A stretch of DNA of 64,000 nucleotides, taken from positions 13,330,001 through 13,394,000 of the forward strand of contig OZ024751.1 of NCBI GenBank assembly GCA_964016885.1, given 5' to 3'. The position numbers were made by a program, and so were the translations under genes. Under the pieces are notes generated by a model. It did no database searches. It was not told the origin of the DNA and saw only the letters and a list, made by a program, of their open reading frames with translations. This document shows positions 44,196 through 59,675 of the stretch, piece after piece (positions within the stretch are counted from its first letter, which is position 1; each line of letters begins with the position of its first letter). The stretch comes from Eledone cirrhosa (Eukaryota).

Positions 44196-45773
44196 ATAAC
44201 GACGACCTCTACCGCTACAACCACGACCTCTACCGCTATAACCACGACCTCTACAACCACGACCTCTACCGCTATAACCACGACCTCTACCGCTATAACC
44301 ACGACCTCTACCGCTATAACCACGACCTCTACCGCTATAACCACGACCTCTACCGCTACAACCACGACCTTTACCGCTATAACCACGACCTCTACCGCTA
44401 TAACCACGACCTCTACCGCTACAACCACGACCTTTACCGCTATAACCACGACCTCTACCGCTATAACCACGACCTCTACCGCTATAACCACGACCTCTAC
44501 CGCTACAACCACGACCTCTACCGCTATAACCACGACCTCTACCGCTACAACCACGACCTTTACCGCTATAACCACGACCTCTACCGCTATAACCACGACC
44601 TCTACCGCTATAACCACGACCTCTACAACCACGACCTCTACCGCTATAACCACGACCTCTACCGCTATAACCACGACCTCTACCGCTATAACCACGACCT
44701 CTACAACCACGACCTCTACCGCTATAACCACGACCTCTACCGCTATAACCACGACCTCTACCGCTACAACCACGACCTTTACCGCTATAACCACGACCTC
44801 TACCGCTATAACCACGACCTCTACCGCTATAACCACGACCTCTACAACCACGACCTCTACCGCTATAACCACGACCTCTACCGCTATAACCACGACCTCT
44901 ACCGCTATAACCACGACCTCTACAACCACGACCTCTACCGCTATAACCACGACCTCTACAACCACGACCTCTACCGCTATAACCACGACCTCTACAACCA
45001 CGACCTCTACCGCTATAACCACGACCTCTACAACCACGACCTCTACCGCTATAACCACGACCTCTACCGCTACAACCACGACCTTTACCGCTATAACCAC
45101 GACCTCTACCGCTATAACCACGACCTCTACCGCTATAACCACGACCTCTACAACCACGACCTCTACCGCTATAACCACGACCTCTACCGCTATAACCACG
45201 ACCTCTACCGCTATAACCACGACCTCTACCGCTATAACCACGACCTCTACAACCACGACCTCTACCGCTATAACCACGACCTCTACAACCACGACCTCTA
45301 CCGCTATAACCACGACCTCTACAACCACGACCTCTACCGCTATAACCACGACCTCTACAACCACGACCTCTACCGCTATAACCACGACCTCTACCGCTAT
45401 AACCACGACCTCTACCGCTATAACCACGACCTCTACAACCACGACCTCTACCGCTATAACCACGACCTCTACCGCTATAACCACGACCTCTACCGCTATA
45501 ACCACGACCTCTACAACCACGACCTCTACCGCTATAACCACGACCTCTACAACCACGACCTCTACCGCTATAACCACGACCTCTACAACCACGACCTCTA
45601 CCGCTATAACCACGACCTCTACCGCTATAACCACGACCTCTACCGCTATAACCACGACCTCTACAACCACGACCTCTACCGCTATAACCACGACCTCTAC
45701 CGCTACAACCACGACCTTTACCGCTATAACCACGACCTCTACCGCTACAACCACGACCTCTACCGCTACAACC
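44196..45773. repeat. Homogeneous 21/15-bp minisatellite (aaccacgacctctaccgctat)
   Basis: Direct; very few variants. Confidence 0.97.
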
Positions 45774-46533
45774 ATTGCACCACGACGACCACTATCATCA
45801 AGAACACACCACCACCACTAAGCAAGCCATCACTATCATCACCAGCACAACCACTACCACCACCACCATCACCACCACTAAACAAGCCACCACCATCATC
45901 ATTACACCACGACACAACACCACCACAACCATCACAACCGCTACCACAATTCATACTGCAACTTCAGCCAAACAACCACCACTACCACCACCACCACCAC
46001 AACCACCACTAACACAGCCTATCCTGCACCTTCAGCCAACACAACCAGCACCACCACCACCACCACTAACACAACCTATACTGCACCTTCAGCCAACACA
46101 ACCACCACCACCACCACAACCATTATTACACCATGACACAACTACCACCACAACTACAGCCTATGCTGCACCTTCAGCCAACACCACCACCACTCATACT
46201 GCACCTTCAGCTAACACAACTACCATCACCACCATCACACCACGTCACAACTACCACTATCACCACCACCACAACCACCGCTACCACAGCCTATACTGCA
46301 CCTTCAGCCAACACCACTACAACCACCACCGCCACCACCACTCATTCTGCACCTTCAACCAACCATGAACTATTAATTCATTTCAGCTGTTTGAACCGTC
46401 AATATAGAGACGTGTTTATTCTTGAGATGACCTCAAAAACGTTTGCCAGGTCAAAGGACAAATTAGTACATTTTGACACTACCCCCAAACACCTCCCCAA
46501 TACCCCCGTCTTCATTTATCTATTTATTTCCCC

Positions 46534-46578
<45 letters not shown>

Positions 46579-46789
46579 TCTCACACGTACATGCATAAAT
46601 ACTAACATGAATACATACAAACACAAATATTCACACACACACATATATATGTATGTATATATGGTTGCCTGGATACACACACACACACACGTATATATGC
46701 ATCTGTATGTATATATGACTGACTGAATACACACATTTCTTTTCTCCAAAAGAATTTTCCGTTCCTTACTTTTCTCACTCTTTATCTTT

Positions 46790-46925
46790 CCTTTTATCTT
46801 TTATCTGTCATTTTATCTGCTGATGAAGGACTTGTGTCCGAAACATAAAGACTCTTTTCCTACTATATCAAGCGTTAAACCAATGTATGTCTTCATTGTA
46901 CTGGGTTGTTTCCGTTTACCTTTGG
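46790..46925 (+). mobile_element. PLE 3' end with minimal HHR
   Basis: CTGATGA (46820) a GGAC ttgt GTCC GAAA (46840) ca TA; tail aagcgttaaaccaat related to 5985. Confidence 0.7.
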
Positions 46926-47188
46926 CACACACACACATATATATATATATATATAGTAATCTTATTAAATGTTTAATTAATCGGGAGTTAGTGTGGCGTT
47001 TGCATCATTCCAATTAATAAACTTTAGTGTAAACAGTATTAAACACTCCATGTTGTATGCCTTTTTCTTCTAGATTGCTTATTTTATCATGTCATTTCTC
47101 TAATTCCTTTTTTTTTGTTGTAGAGCACCATCTTCCTTCTTTCCACCTATTGTCACTAACTAAAGCTATCTATTTCACACACACACAC

Positions 47189-47229
<41 letters not shown>

Positions 47230-47407
47230 CTCAGTCAACTCCTCGCCGATCTATTATCTAGCTAATTCAGACTTGTTAGTTTTACATTCTTACACTCACT
47301 TCTGCTCTCTCAACATAGCCCCTCATTTATACTTCTATCCATATACCTATAGCGTGACACAAGGTGGAAAAGTAAAAAACGAATAAAGGTACATGAGACT
47401 TGACCTT

Positions 47408-47443
<36 letters not shown>

Positions 47444-47448
<5 letters not shown>

Positions 47449-47897
47449 AAATAAAGATCCGAAGGCATGGTATAAATTTCCAATCATTTTAATCACGACA
47501 CATGTTTCAATAAGAGATAGATCGATCGTGTAGCCATGATCGATTATCACTGATCTCGTCAGGTGAAAATGAATTGTCTTCAAATCCTTGATATGAGGGA
47601 GAAAATTAACGGTGTTCATTCACAGAGTTTAGACCCTCATATCAACTCTAGTGAGTGAACACCGTTATTTTTCTCCCTCTATCTCTTATTGAAACATGTG
47701 TCGTGATTAAAATGATTGGAGATTTATACCAGGCCTTCGGATCTTTATTTTGATACAAACACTCCGTTTTACATCATCTAGCTGTTCCCATAAATGGAAT
47801 TGGAGATATACAAAAGCGTGGAGAACTTAATATTGTTAACAAAAGTTTATTGGACCGTATGACACAACCAATAATACACCTTACTATATAACAACTA
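47444..47897. mobile_element. HHR fold-back element family H with nested hairpin
   Basis: Minus: tcac CTGACGA gatc...tctcttatt GAAA catgtg TC gtga (47493-47566); right arm from about 47678; internal hairpin 47595-47679; (TA)n on both sides. Confidence 0.85.
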
Positions 47898-48179
47898 TAT
47901 ATATATAGAGATAGATAGATATAGATATATAATCATACATATACACGCACACACACATACATATATATATATATATAACAATATAGCATGCTCACACCAC
48001 AACACACACCTCATGCATATACAACATGCCACAAACGCTCATCCCCCCCCCACACACACACATATATATATATATGATCATACATAGGTACATACATATA
48101 TACACATATACATTTTTACAACAGTTCTATTTTGGTATTGCGCCTGAGTATGTGATGTGTGATGTGATCAATCCGGTTT

Positions 48180-48592
48180 GGTGATGGTGGTGATGATGGT
48201 GGTGGTAGTGGTGGTGGTGTAGTGGTGGTGGTGATGGTGGTTTTGGTGGTGATGGTGATGGAGATGGTGATGGTGGTGGCGGTGTAGTGGTGGTGGTGAT
48301 GATGGTGGTGTGGTGGTGGTGATGGAGATGGTGATGGTGGTGGCGGTGATAGTGGTGATGGTGGTGATGGTGATGATGGAGGTGTAGTGGTGGTAGTGGT
48401 GGTAATGGTGGTGGTGATGGTGTGGTGGTGATTGTTGTGGTGATGGTGGTGTAGTGATGGTGGTGGCGGTGATAGTGGTGATGGTGATGGTGGTGATGGT
48501 GATGATGGAGGTGTAGTGGTGGTAGTGGTGGTAATGGTGGTGGTGATGGTGGTGTAGTGATGGTGGTGATTGGTGTAGTGGTGGTGGTGGTG
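48180..48592. repeat. (GGT/GAT)n tract
   Basis: Direct. Confidence 0.9.
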
Positions 48593-48989
48593 TGTATATA
48601 TGTGTGTTTACTGTAGTATAAAAGTCAATTGAGATCGATTGATTGATTTAACCCCCACCCTCCCGAATATCCAGACGAAGTGACACAGTGTGTGATTGTT
48701 TTTATCTCAACACTTCTGGTAACTTCCACATTAACAACACCAACAACACCGTCATAAACACTTGTTAACCTCTACACTATCAACACACCACCTCTGACAA
48801 ACTCCACTACTAACGCCACCACCACCACCTCTGTTAACCTTTCTTCATACTATCAACAGAACCACCGCCAACACCACCGCTACAACCTCTAATAACCTGC
48901 ATAACGTCAACACCACCACCACCACCACTGATATCCACTTCACTACCAACACCACCACCATCACAACTTCTGTTAACTTCTACACTACG

Positions 48990-50750
48990 ATCGTCACCAA
49001 CACCAACACCTCTGACAACCTCTACACTACCATCAACACCACCACCATATATGACAACCTCTACACTACCATCAACACCACCACCATATATGACAACCTC
49101 TACACTACCATCAACACCACCACCATCTATGACAACCTCTACACTACCATCGTCACCACCACCACTGACAACCTGTACACTACCATCGTCACCCACACTA
49201 CCACTACCGCCTCTGACAACCTCTATACTACCATCGTCACCACCACCACCACCTCTGACAACCTCTACATTACCATCGTCATAACCATCACCACCAGGCA
49301 ACCTCCACGCTACCAACACCACCAACAACCTCTACACTACCACCACCACCAGCATCACCTGTGTTAACCTTCACACTATCAACAGAACCACCGCCAACTC
49401 CAACACCACCTCTAATGACCTGCACATATTTAAACACCCGCACCGCCACCACAACCTCTGATATAATCTACACCTCACCAATCTCTAACATCAACGATAC
49501 TGCCACCAACACCACCACCACCACCACTACAAAATAAACCCACCACCACCACTACTACCTCTACATAATAAACACCCTCTCACACCACCACCACCACTAC
49601 TACCTCTACATAATAAACACCCTCTCACACCACCACCACCACTACTACCTCTACATAATAAACACCCTCTCACACCACCACCACCACTACTACCTCTACA
49701 TAATAAACACCCTCTCACACCACCAATACCCCCATTCACACCGTCACCACAACACCACGTCTCCTCCACCACAACTACCTTCAGATAATCAACATCCCAC
49801 ACACCCAATCACCACCACCACCACCACCACCACCACCACCACCTCTACTAATTTACCAATTCTGCCACCACCACCACCACCACCACAACTTACACCACCT
49901 TTCATAATCTCCACCATCTCTACCATCACCAAACTATTGACACCACTACCACCACCATCATCACAACCAATACACATATCAACCCACCACCACCACCACC
50001 ACCATACCACCATCAGCTCCCACATCACCCCCACCACCATCATCACAACCAATACACATATTAACCCACCACCACCACCATACCACCATACCACCATCAC
50101 CTCCCACATCACCCCCACCATTGACATCACCACCATAACACCTTTCATAACCTCCACCATCCCTACCATCACCAAACATTACCACCATCATCATCATCAC
50201 AACCAATACACATATCAACCCACCACCACCGCCACTATTGACGTCATCACCACCACCACCACCACAAATGACATCATCATCACCACCACCACCGCCATTG
50301 ACATCACCACCACCACCGCCACCATTGACATCACCACCACCACCATCACAACTGACATCACCACCACCACCATCACAACATACATCACCACCACTACCAC
50401 CACCATTGCCATCACTACCACCACCACCACCACCATCACAACTGACATCACCACCACCACCATTGCCATTGACATCACCACCACCACCATTGACATCACC
50501 ACCATTGACATCACCACCAGCACCACCACCACCATTGACATCACCACCAGCACCACCACCATTGACATCACCACCACCACCATTGACATTACCACCAGCA
50601 CCACCACCGCCACCACCACCACCATTGACATCACCACCAGCACCACCACCGCCACCGCCACCACCACCACCATTGACATCACCACCAGCACCACCACCAC
50701 CACCACCAGCACCGCCACCACCGCCACCGCCACCACCACCACAACTAACA
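48990..50750. repeat. Series of CAC-rich minisatellites (39-bp, 51-bp and ccattgacatcacc units)
   Basis: Direct. Confidence 0.85.
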
Positions 50751-51139
50751 CCACCTTACATAATCTCCACCATCTCTACCGTCACTACAACCAATACATA
50801 TATAAACCCACCACCGCCAACACAACTAACACTACCTTTGATAACCTCTACCACCACCAACACTATTAACATCACGACCACCATTATCATCATCATCATC
50901 ACAGCAACTAATACACACAACCCCCAACTCCACCACTAACAACAACAACAACAATACCGCAACATTAACAACATGAGAATCGACTCGGCACAATCAACAC
51001 CAGTTAACACAAACTTAACCTCAACCAATATTATCACCATCACATCCACCATATCTCATCAATACCACCACCACCACCATCATCTTTGCCGCCGCCGCCG
51101 ACGACGACAACAACAACAAAAACAACAACAGCAGCAACA

Positions 51140-54100
51140 ACAGTAATATCACCAATACCACCACCAACGACATCACCAATACCACCAACATCACCAATAC
51201 CACCACAACCAACATCACCAGTACTACTACCACCAACATCACCAATACCACCACAACCAACATCACCAGTACTACTACCACCAACATCACCAATACCACC
51301 ACAACCAACATCACCAATACCACCACAACCAACATCACCAATACCACCACAACCAACATCACCAATACCACCACAACCAACATCACCAGTACTACTACCA
51401 CCAACAGCACCAATACCACCACAACCAACATCACCAATACCACCACAACCAAGATCACCAATACCACCACCACTAACATCACCAATACCACCACAACCAA
51501 CATCACCAGTACCACCAACATCACCAATACCACCACAACCAACATCACCAGTACTACTACCACCAACACCAGCACCAATACCACCACAACCAACATCACC
51601 AATACCACCACCACCAACATCACCAATACCACCACCACCAACATCACCAATACCACCACAACCAACATCACCAGTACTACTACCACCAACACCAGCACCA
51701 ATACCACCACAACCAACATCACCAATACCACCAACACCAGCACCAATACCACCACAACCAACATCACCAGTACTACTACCACCAACACCATCACCAATAC
51801 CACCACAACCAACATCACCAATACCACCACCACCAACATCACCAATACCACCACAACCAACATCACCAGTACTACTACCACCAACACCAGCACCAATACC
51901 ACCACAACCAACATCACCAATACCACCACCACCAACATCACCAATACCACCACAACCAACATCACCAGTACTACTACCACCAACACCAGCACCAATACCA
52001 CCACAATCAACATCACCAATACCACCACAACCAACATCACCAATACCACCACCACCAACATCACCAATACCACCACAACCAACATCACCAGTACTACTAC
52101 CACCAACACCAGCACCAATACCACCACAATCAACATCACCAATACCACCACCACCAACATCACCAATACCACCACAACCAACATCACCAGTACTACTACC
52201 ACCAACACCATCACCAATACCACCACCACCAACATCACCAATACCACCACAACCAACATCACCAGTACTACTACCACCAACACCAGCACCAATACCACCA
52301 CAATCAACATCACCAATACCACCACCACCAACATCACCAATACCACCACAACCAACATCACCAGTACTACTACCACCAACACCAGCACCAATACCACCAC
52401 AATCAACATCACCAATACCACCACAACCAACATCACCAGTACTACTACCACCAACACCAGCACCAATACCACCACAATCAACATCACCAATACCACCACC
52501 ACCAACATCACCAGTACTACTACCACCAACACCATCACCAATACCACCACCACCAACATCACCAATACCACCACAACCAACATCACCAGTACTACTACCA
52601 CCAACACCAGCACCAATACCACCACCACCAACATCACCAATACCACCACAACCAACATCACCAGTACTACTACCACCAACACCAGCACCAATACCACCAC
52701 CACCAACATCACCAATACCACCACCACCAACATCACCAGTACTACTACCACCAACACCAGCACCAATACCACCACAATCAACATCACCAATACCACCACC
52801 ACCAACATCACCAATACCACCACAACCAACATCACCAGTACTACTACCACCAACACCAGCACCAATACCACCACAATCAACATCACCAATACCACCACCA
52901 CCAACATCACCAATACCACCACCACCAACATCACCAGTACTACTACCACCAACACCAGCACCAATACCACCACAATCAACATCACCAATACCACCACCAC
53001 CAACATCACCAATACCACCACAACCAACATCACCAGTACTACTACCACCAACACCAGCACCAATACCACCACAACCAACATCACCAATACCACCACAACC
53101 AACATCACCAGTACTACTACCACCAACACCAGCACCAATACCACCACAACCAACATCACCAATACCACCACAACCAACATCACCAGTACTACTACCACCA
53201 ACACCAGCACCAATACCACCACAACCAACATCACCAATACCACCACCACCAACATCACCAATACCACCACAACCAACATCACCAGTACTACTACCACCAA
53301 CACCAGCACCAATACCACCACAATCAACATCACCAATACCACCACAACCAACATCACCAATACCACCACCACCAACATCACCAATACCACCACAACCAAC
53401 ATCACCAGTACTACTACCACCAACACCAGCACCAATACCACCACAATCAACATCACCAATACCACCACCACCAACATCACCAATACCACCACAACCAACA
53501 TCACCAGTACTACTACCACCAACACCAGCACCAATACCACCACCACCAACATCACCAATACCACCACAACCAACATCACCAGTACTACTACCACCAACAC
53601 CAGCACCAATACCACCACAATCAACATCACCAATACCACCACCACCAACATCACCAATACCACCACAACCAACATCACCAGTACTACTACCACCAACACC
53701 AGCACCAATACCACCACAATCAACATCACCAATACCACCACAACCAACATCACCAATACCACCACAACCAACATCACCAGTACTACTACCACCAACACCA
53801 GCACCAATACCACCACCACCAACATCACCAATACCACCACCACCAACATCACCAATACCACCACAACCAACATCACCAGTACTACTACCACCAACACCAG
53901 CACCAATACCACCACAACCAACATCACCAATACCACCACCACCAACATCACCAATACCACCACAACCAACATCACCAGTACTACTACCACCAACACCAGC
54001 ACCAATACCACCACAATCAACATCACCAATACCACCACCACCAACATCACCAATACCACCACAACCAACATCACCAGTACTACTACCACCAACACCAGCA

Positions 54101-55050
54101 CCAATACCACCACAATCAACATCACCAATACCACCACCACCAACATCACCAATACCACCACAACCAACATCACCAGTACTACTACCACCAACACCAGCAC
54201 CAATACCACCACAACCAACATCACCAATACCACCACAACCAACATCACCAGTACTACTACCACCAACACCAGCACCAATACCACCACCACCACCACAACC
54301 AACATCACCAGTACTACTACCACCAACACCAGCACCAATACCACCACAATCAACATCACCAATACCACCACAACCAACATCACCAATACCACCACAACCA
54401 ACATCACCAGTACTACTACCACCAACACCAGCACCAATACCACCACAATCAACATCACCAATACCACCACAACCAACATCACCAGTACTACTACCACCAA
54501 CATCACCAATACCACCACAACCAACATCACCAATACCACCACAATCAACATCACCAGTACTACTACCACCAACATCACCAATACCACCACAACCAACATC
54601 ACCAGTACTACTACCACCAACACCAGCACCAATACCACCACAACCAACATCACCAGTACTACTACCACCAACAGCACCAATACCACCACAACCAACATCA
54701 CCAGTACTACTACCACCAACACCAGCACCAATACCACCACAACCAACATCACCAGTACTACTACCACCAACACCAGCACCAATACCACCACAACCAACAT
54801 CACCAGTACTACTACCACCAACATCACCAATACCACCACCACTAACATCACCAATACCACCACAACCAACATCACCAGTACTACTACCACCAACACCAGC
54901 ACCAATACCACCACAATCAACATCACCAATACCACCACCACCAACATCACCAATACCACCACAACCAACATCACCAGTACTACTACCACCAACACCAGCA
55001 CCAATACCACCACAACCAACATCACCAGTACTACTACCACCAACACCACC
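51140..55050. repeat. 3.9-kb 24/27-bp minisatellite with higher-order structure
   Basis: Units accaataccaccacaaccaacatc and accagtactactaccaccaacaccagc. Confidence 0.97.
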
Positions 55051-55319
55051 ACCGCCAACAATAACAACCACACCAACACCAACATCCCCACCACCAACAG
55101 CAATACCACACCACCAACACCCCCACCAACACCAACACCACCACCACCAACATGACCATCACCACCAGCACCACCACAGCCAACAATAACAACCACACCA
55201 ACATCCCCACCACCAACGACATGACCATCACCACAACCATCACTATCATCATCATCATCATCATCATAGCTATCTCACTACCACCACTACAACAATAGCA
55301 TTCTGCAGTAGATACGATT

Positions 55320-55880
55320 TACTACAACTACTACTACTACTATTGCCACTACTACAACTACTATCAATGCTACCACTACTACTACTGCCACTAATGCTAC
55401 TACTACTACTACTACTACTACTACCATCATCACCACTAATGCTGCTACTACTGCTACCACTGCTACCACTACTACTACTACTACTACCACTAATACTGCT
55501 ACTACTACTACTATTACTACTGCCACCACTATTACCACTGCTACCACTACAACTCCTACTACCACTAATGCTGCTGTTAACTACTACTACTACTAATGCT
55601 ACTACTATTACCACTGCTACCACTATAACTCCTACTACCACTAATGTTGCTGTTACTACTACTACTACTACTACTACCACTAATGCTGCTACTACTACTA
55701 CTGCCACTTATGCTGCTACTACTGCTACCACTATTACCACTTCTACCACCACAACTACTACTACCACTAATGCTGCTACTACTACTACTACTACTATTAC
55801 CACTGCTACCACTACAACTACCACTAATGCTGCTACTACTGCTACTACTACTACTACTACCACTACCACTACTACTACAA
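55320..55880. repeat. (CTA/CTG/CCA)n tract
   Basis: Direct. Confidence 0.9.
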
Positions 55881-56248
55881 AATTAGTGCCAAACGAACAA
55901 TTGATTTGTCAGCACAATTTAATTGCCACAGAGGTGTGGGGTGTCGGAGGGGATGGGAAGGGGGTGGTAAGGGCAAAGTACGGCAGTTATATAAGAGAGA
56001 TTAACTTTGATTAGAAGCCAATTGCTCTATCGATCTGGCCTACACGTTTGTAGCTATTGAACGGACATATATCTATTTATATATGTAAACATCTATCTGG
56101 TATGTATATATATATATATATGGGGGGAGTGGTGTGTGTGGTGTGGTGTGTGTGGTGTGGTGTCTGTGTGTGTGGAGAGAGAATGATTTTCCGAAGAGCG
56201 GATAAATATCAGTTATATTAATTACTACTCAATACAGAGAACGTACAT

Positions 56249-56370
<122 letters not shown>

Positions 56371-56387
56371 CATAAATATATATATAA

Positions 56388-56570
56388 AAGAGCTTCTACA
56401 GGACTAGAACTGTTTCATTCGTGAGAAATCATCAGGAAGCTTCCTGATGATTTCTCACAAATGAAACAGTTCTAGTCCGGTAGAAGCTCTTCTATATTAA
56501 AACATTTATACTCTGCTATGTATTGAGTACCTTACTTACTGTGGTTACCTCCGATTCAACCCGGAATAAC
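56388..56570. mobile_element. HHR fold-back element family I (zero-spacer palindrome 56388-56491)
   Basis: Centre aagctt 56437-56442; CTGATGA 56444, GAAA 56463; mirror copy on minus; ACTC 56510 ... ttGAGTac 56523. Confidence 0.8.
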
Positions 56571-57005
56571 TTAAATATAAGTATGTATACGTACATACGT
56601 GAGAAATGAAATTTCATTTTTTCCATTTATCGTTTTCGGTACGCCCGGCCGACTAACTCACACGATATGCAAATTTGGCTGCTCAGCCGTTAATATGCAT
56701 AAGAAAAGTATATTCTTTCAAGCGTTCAACTGACAGGAAGGTATACGGTACTGATGAAAGCTAATAAGCTATAAACTAGTTCATCGTTCCTTTGTCAGCG
56801 TTGAACAAAATGGCAACGATGGTTGCCGAACACTGTACGGCTAATAATTCGGGCTGTTTGTTTACAAACAGACCTAGCATTATAATAAATGTTCGGTAAA
56901 TCCATACGTACATATATATATATATATGTGTGTGCATGTATGTATATATATACATAGTACTGTACGTCTGTATACATATATGTATGTACGTATATATACT
57001 TATAT
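56571..57005 (+). mobile_element. Family E (retrozyme-like) copy, permuted start, inverted 5' piece
   Basis: Homologous to 36523-36920; HHR at 56751 with GAAA mutated to TAAA (56772). Confidence 0.85.
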
Positions 57006-57015
57006 ATATATATTA

Positions 57016-57199
57016 TGGTGGATTGGCAGTATCAGTAGAGGGTCGGACGCCATGCTTTCCAGCATAGTTACGTCCCTTTACGATCTGAGTTCAAATCCCG
57101 CCGAGGTGGACTTTGCCTTTCATCCTTACGGGGTCGATAAAATAAAGTACCAGTAATGCACTGGGTAATTGCTGGCCTTGTGCCTAAAGTAGAAACAAT

Positions 57200-57200
<1 letters not shown>
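57016..57200 (+). mobile_element. S1 SINE, full length
   Basis: A box, B box, central domain, agtagaaacaatt(AT)n. Confidence 0.9.
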
Positions 57201-57233
<33 letters not shown>

Positions 57234-57365
57234 CAGGGTAGAACCAGTTTAAAACTAGTTAGACCATTGCTGAGCAGAGTACTCGATACTTGGGATAGTG
57301 TGGCCATATTATAAAAAGTGGGAGCCCGACGGCTGAGCTCTTGCTGTTTCAACAGCTAGTTCCAA
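57234..57365 (-). mobile_element. Diverged family B relative
   Basis: agtactcgatactt...cccgacggctgagctc..gctgtttcaacagcta. Confidence 0.65.
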
Positions 57366-57630
57366 CTACTACTACTACATTTACGCCCTCTATCGAGTAA
57401 CGTTACTCCAATGATCCTTCGAAGTTACACCATTTTGACTGTTTGTATTCAAGATCGTGTCTTTTACTTATTACCCAAAAGATGCTTGACCATAGGTAAT
57501 AGTTGGCACGAATACTGAATTAAAGGTAGCGAGTTTGGCTTTACACCTGGCTCACTTTCTTTTTCTCATTACCGAATGCTGAATCTGTCACATTACTGCA
57601 CCAGGTCCTGCAATTCTTGCACTTAATTCA

Positions 57631-57830
57631 GCCTCCTGCATTCCATCACTCGTGAACACGGGCCCCGAGATACTTGAACTTCTCCACCTACTTCAGTGGA
57701 ACTCCACTCACATATAGAGTGCTCTGCGCAGGCTTCCTTAAGAGGACGAGTATCTCAGTCTTCACAACACTGATCTTTCATTCCAACAGTGCAGCACTCA
57801 GCATCAAGCCTATCAAGTGCATGATCCAGT
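57631..57830 (-). mobile_element. Rex3/Expander-like RTE reverse transcriptase fragment (pseudogenised)
   Basis: LDHALDRLDAECCTVGMK/ISVVKTEILVLLRKPAQSTLYVSGVPLK*VEKFKYLG/VFTSDG. Confidence 0.85.
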
Positions 57831-58744
57831 TATTGTAATATATTTCCTGCTAATCACACGTATAGACTGTTTCACAGTATTTTTATAAATTTTTTTCTTA
57901 ATACTGATAACATGTTAACTCTATGCTTGCTCACACACACACACACTCACTCTCTCTCTCTCTCTCCTTCAAATTAAACCACACTCAAAATGTATGATAC
58001 GTACAACTTTTATAAGCATATCAGTTTATTTCGTTAATGCAATGACAGAATATATTTTTTCATATTTCAAATATAATTGCAGCATTAAACGAGTACATTT
58101 AATATTTCAATGAAAGATAAAACTTCAATTTAAAAATATATTTTAAATATTTCTTTAAACGTAAAACGTTGTTTCCTTATTTTCGTTTTTCATATTTCAA
58201 AATATAATTACATTAAACGAACATTTCTTCATAAGACTTCAATTTAAAACAAAATATTTTATAAAATATGTTTTAGATATTTCAACGAAAGATAGAACTT
58301 CAATTTTTAAAATATATTTAAAAGATATCTGTAATCCGAAAACGCCGTTTCTTTAATCGTTATTAGATTACTAGGAGGCAACTTGGTATAGTCGCATTAG
58401 TTCCCACGCATTGCACTCTATGCTCAAATCCGTCTGAGATTAAATTTGCTTTTCATCCATCCAAAGTCGATAAACAAAGTACTGAAGACGATTCTCTCTC
58501 CCCCTCTCTTTCACTCTATTATCTATCTCTGGAAGAAATCGATTGATCTAAAATACCCAAGTATGTCACTACGGTGACCCTATCACACGCCCAGGAGTTA
58601 TAGGTACATACATACACAAATAGACATATACATACATACATACATACATACATACATACATACATACATACATACATACATACATACATGTCTCGAATTA
58701 CCATGGTTTTGCACCTAGAAAATTCTCTTTTGAGTCACAAACCA

Positions 58745-59158
58745 GAGTAAGGCGTGTTTGTGGAAGACCAACAGTCACCCAGGCACGCCTCTTCACACCA
58801 CCGATATTCTCCAAGAGATGGCCGATATAACTTGGCACCAATGATATCACAACTCATATATACAGCTGAGTGAACTGGAGCAGCATGAAATAATTGTTTC
58901 TACTTTTGGCACAAGGCCAGCAATTACCCAGTGTATTACTGGTACTTTATTTTATCGACCTCGTAAGGATGAAAGGCAAAGTTAACCTCGGCGGGATTTG
59001 AACTCAGAATGGCAAGGGCAGTAACTCTATGCGTCAAAGCATGGCGTCCGACCCTCTACCGATACTGCCAATCCATATCTTTCTCAAGGACACAATGCAT
59101 CACTCGGTCTGAGAATAGAACTCACAACCTCACAATCTAACCAATAAGCCACGCGCGC
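58745..59158 (-). mobile_element. S3 SINE interrupted by an S1 SINE (58892-59075, -)
   Basis: cagctgagtgaactggagcagcatgaaat continues after the insertion as tctttctcaaggacacaa...taagccacgcgc. Confidence 0.7.
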
Positions 59159-59583
59159 TTTCACATACATAAAAAATAACATATATATAATATAAAACGA
59201 AAAATCAGTGATGCATCTGAACTAAATTTATTGTGTGTTACAATTGTTTCGCCGGCGGACAGCTCGAGACACGATCATTGTGTGGATCTGTCTGATTCTG
59301 GATCCGCAGGTTCGACGGACACGTATAATGATTTCGGAGCAAATTCTCTCACTGGGGCTTGTTTGTGTATATCTTCGGTTTGCTTTTATCCTTCTATGTT
59401 TTTTACTTGTCCCCCTCGCCTTACGTGGTCCCAATAACTTTGTTTAGTTATTGCTCGCACCAACCTGAGGTATCTGATTTTTAATGCGATGAAATAAAAT
59501 GAGGGCTGGAAAATCACTGACGAAGGACTATTTTTATCATATGTAACCCATGTGCAAACCACGCAGTATTCTTCTTTCTTCTC

Positions 59584-59675
<92 letters not shown>

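Noticed and set aside
44184-45821. Mucin-like TTSTAI ORF
   Set aside because: Starts at a TTG inside a dead RTE fragment, and codons are invariant, as expected of a DNA minisatellite.
51086-55189. 1367-aa Pro-rich ORF and the antisense Val- and Gly-rich ORFs
   Set aside because: Pure minisatellite, open in several frames on both strands, with no signal peptide, unique domain or evident splice context.
59462-59592. Possible HHR (ctgacgaagg at 59517; ctgaggt...gatgaaa at 59464)
   Set aside because: Could not assemble both boxes with stems I and II. It may be a decayed PLE end but is not supportable.
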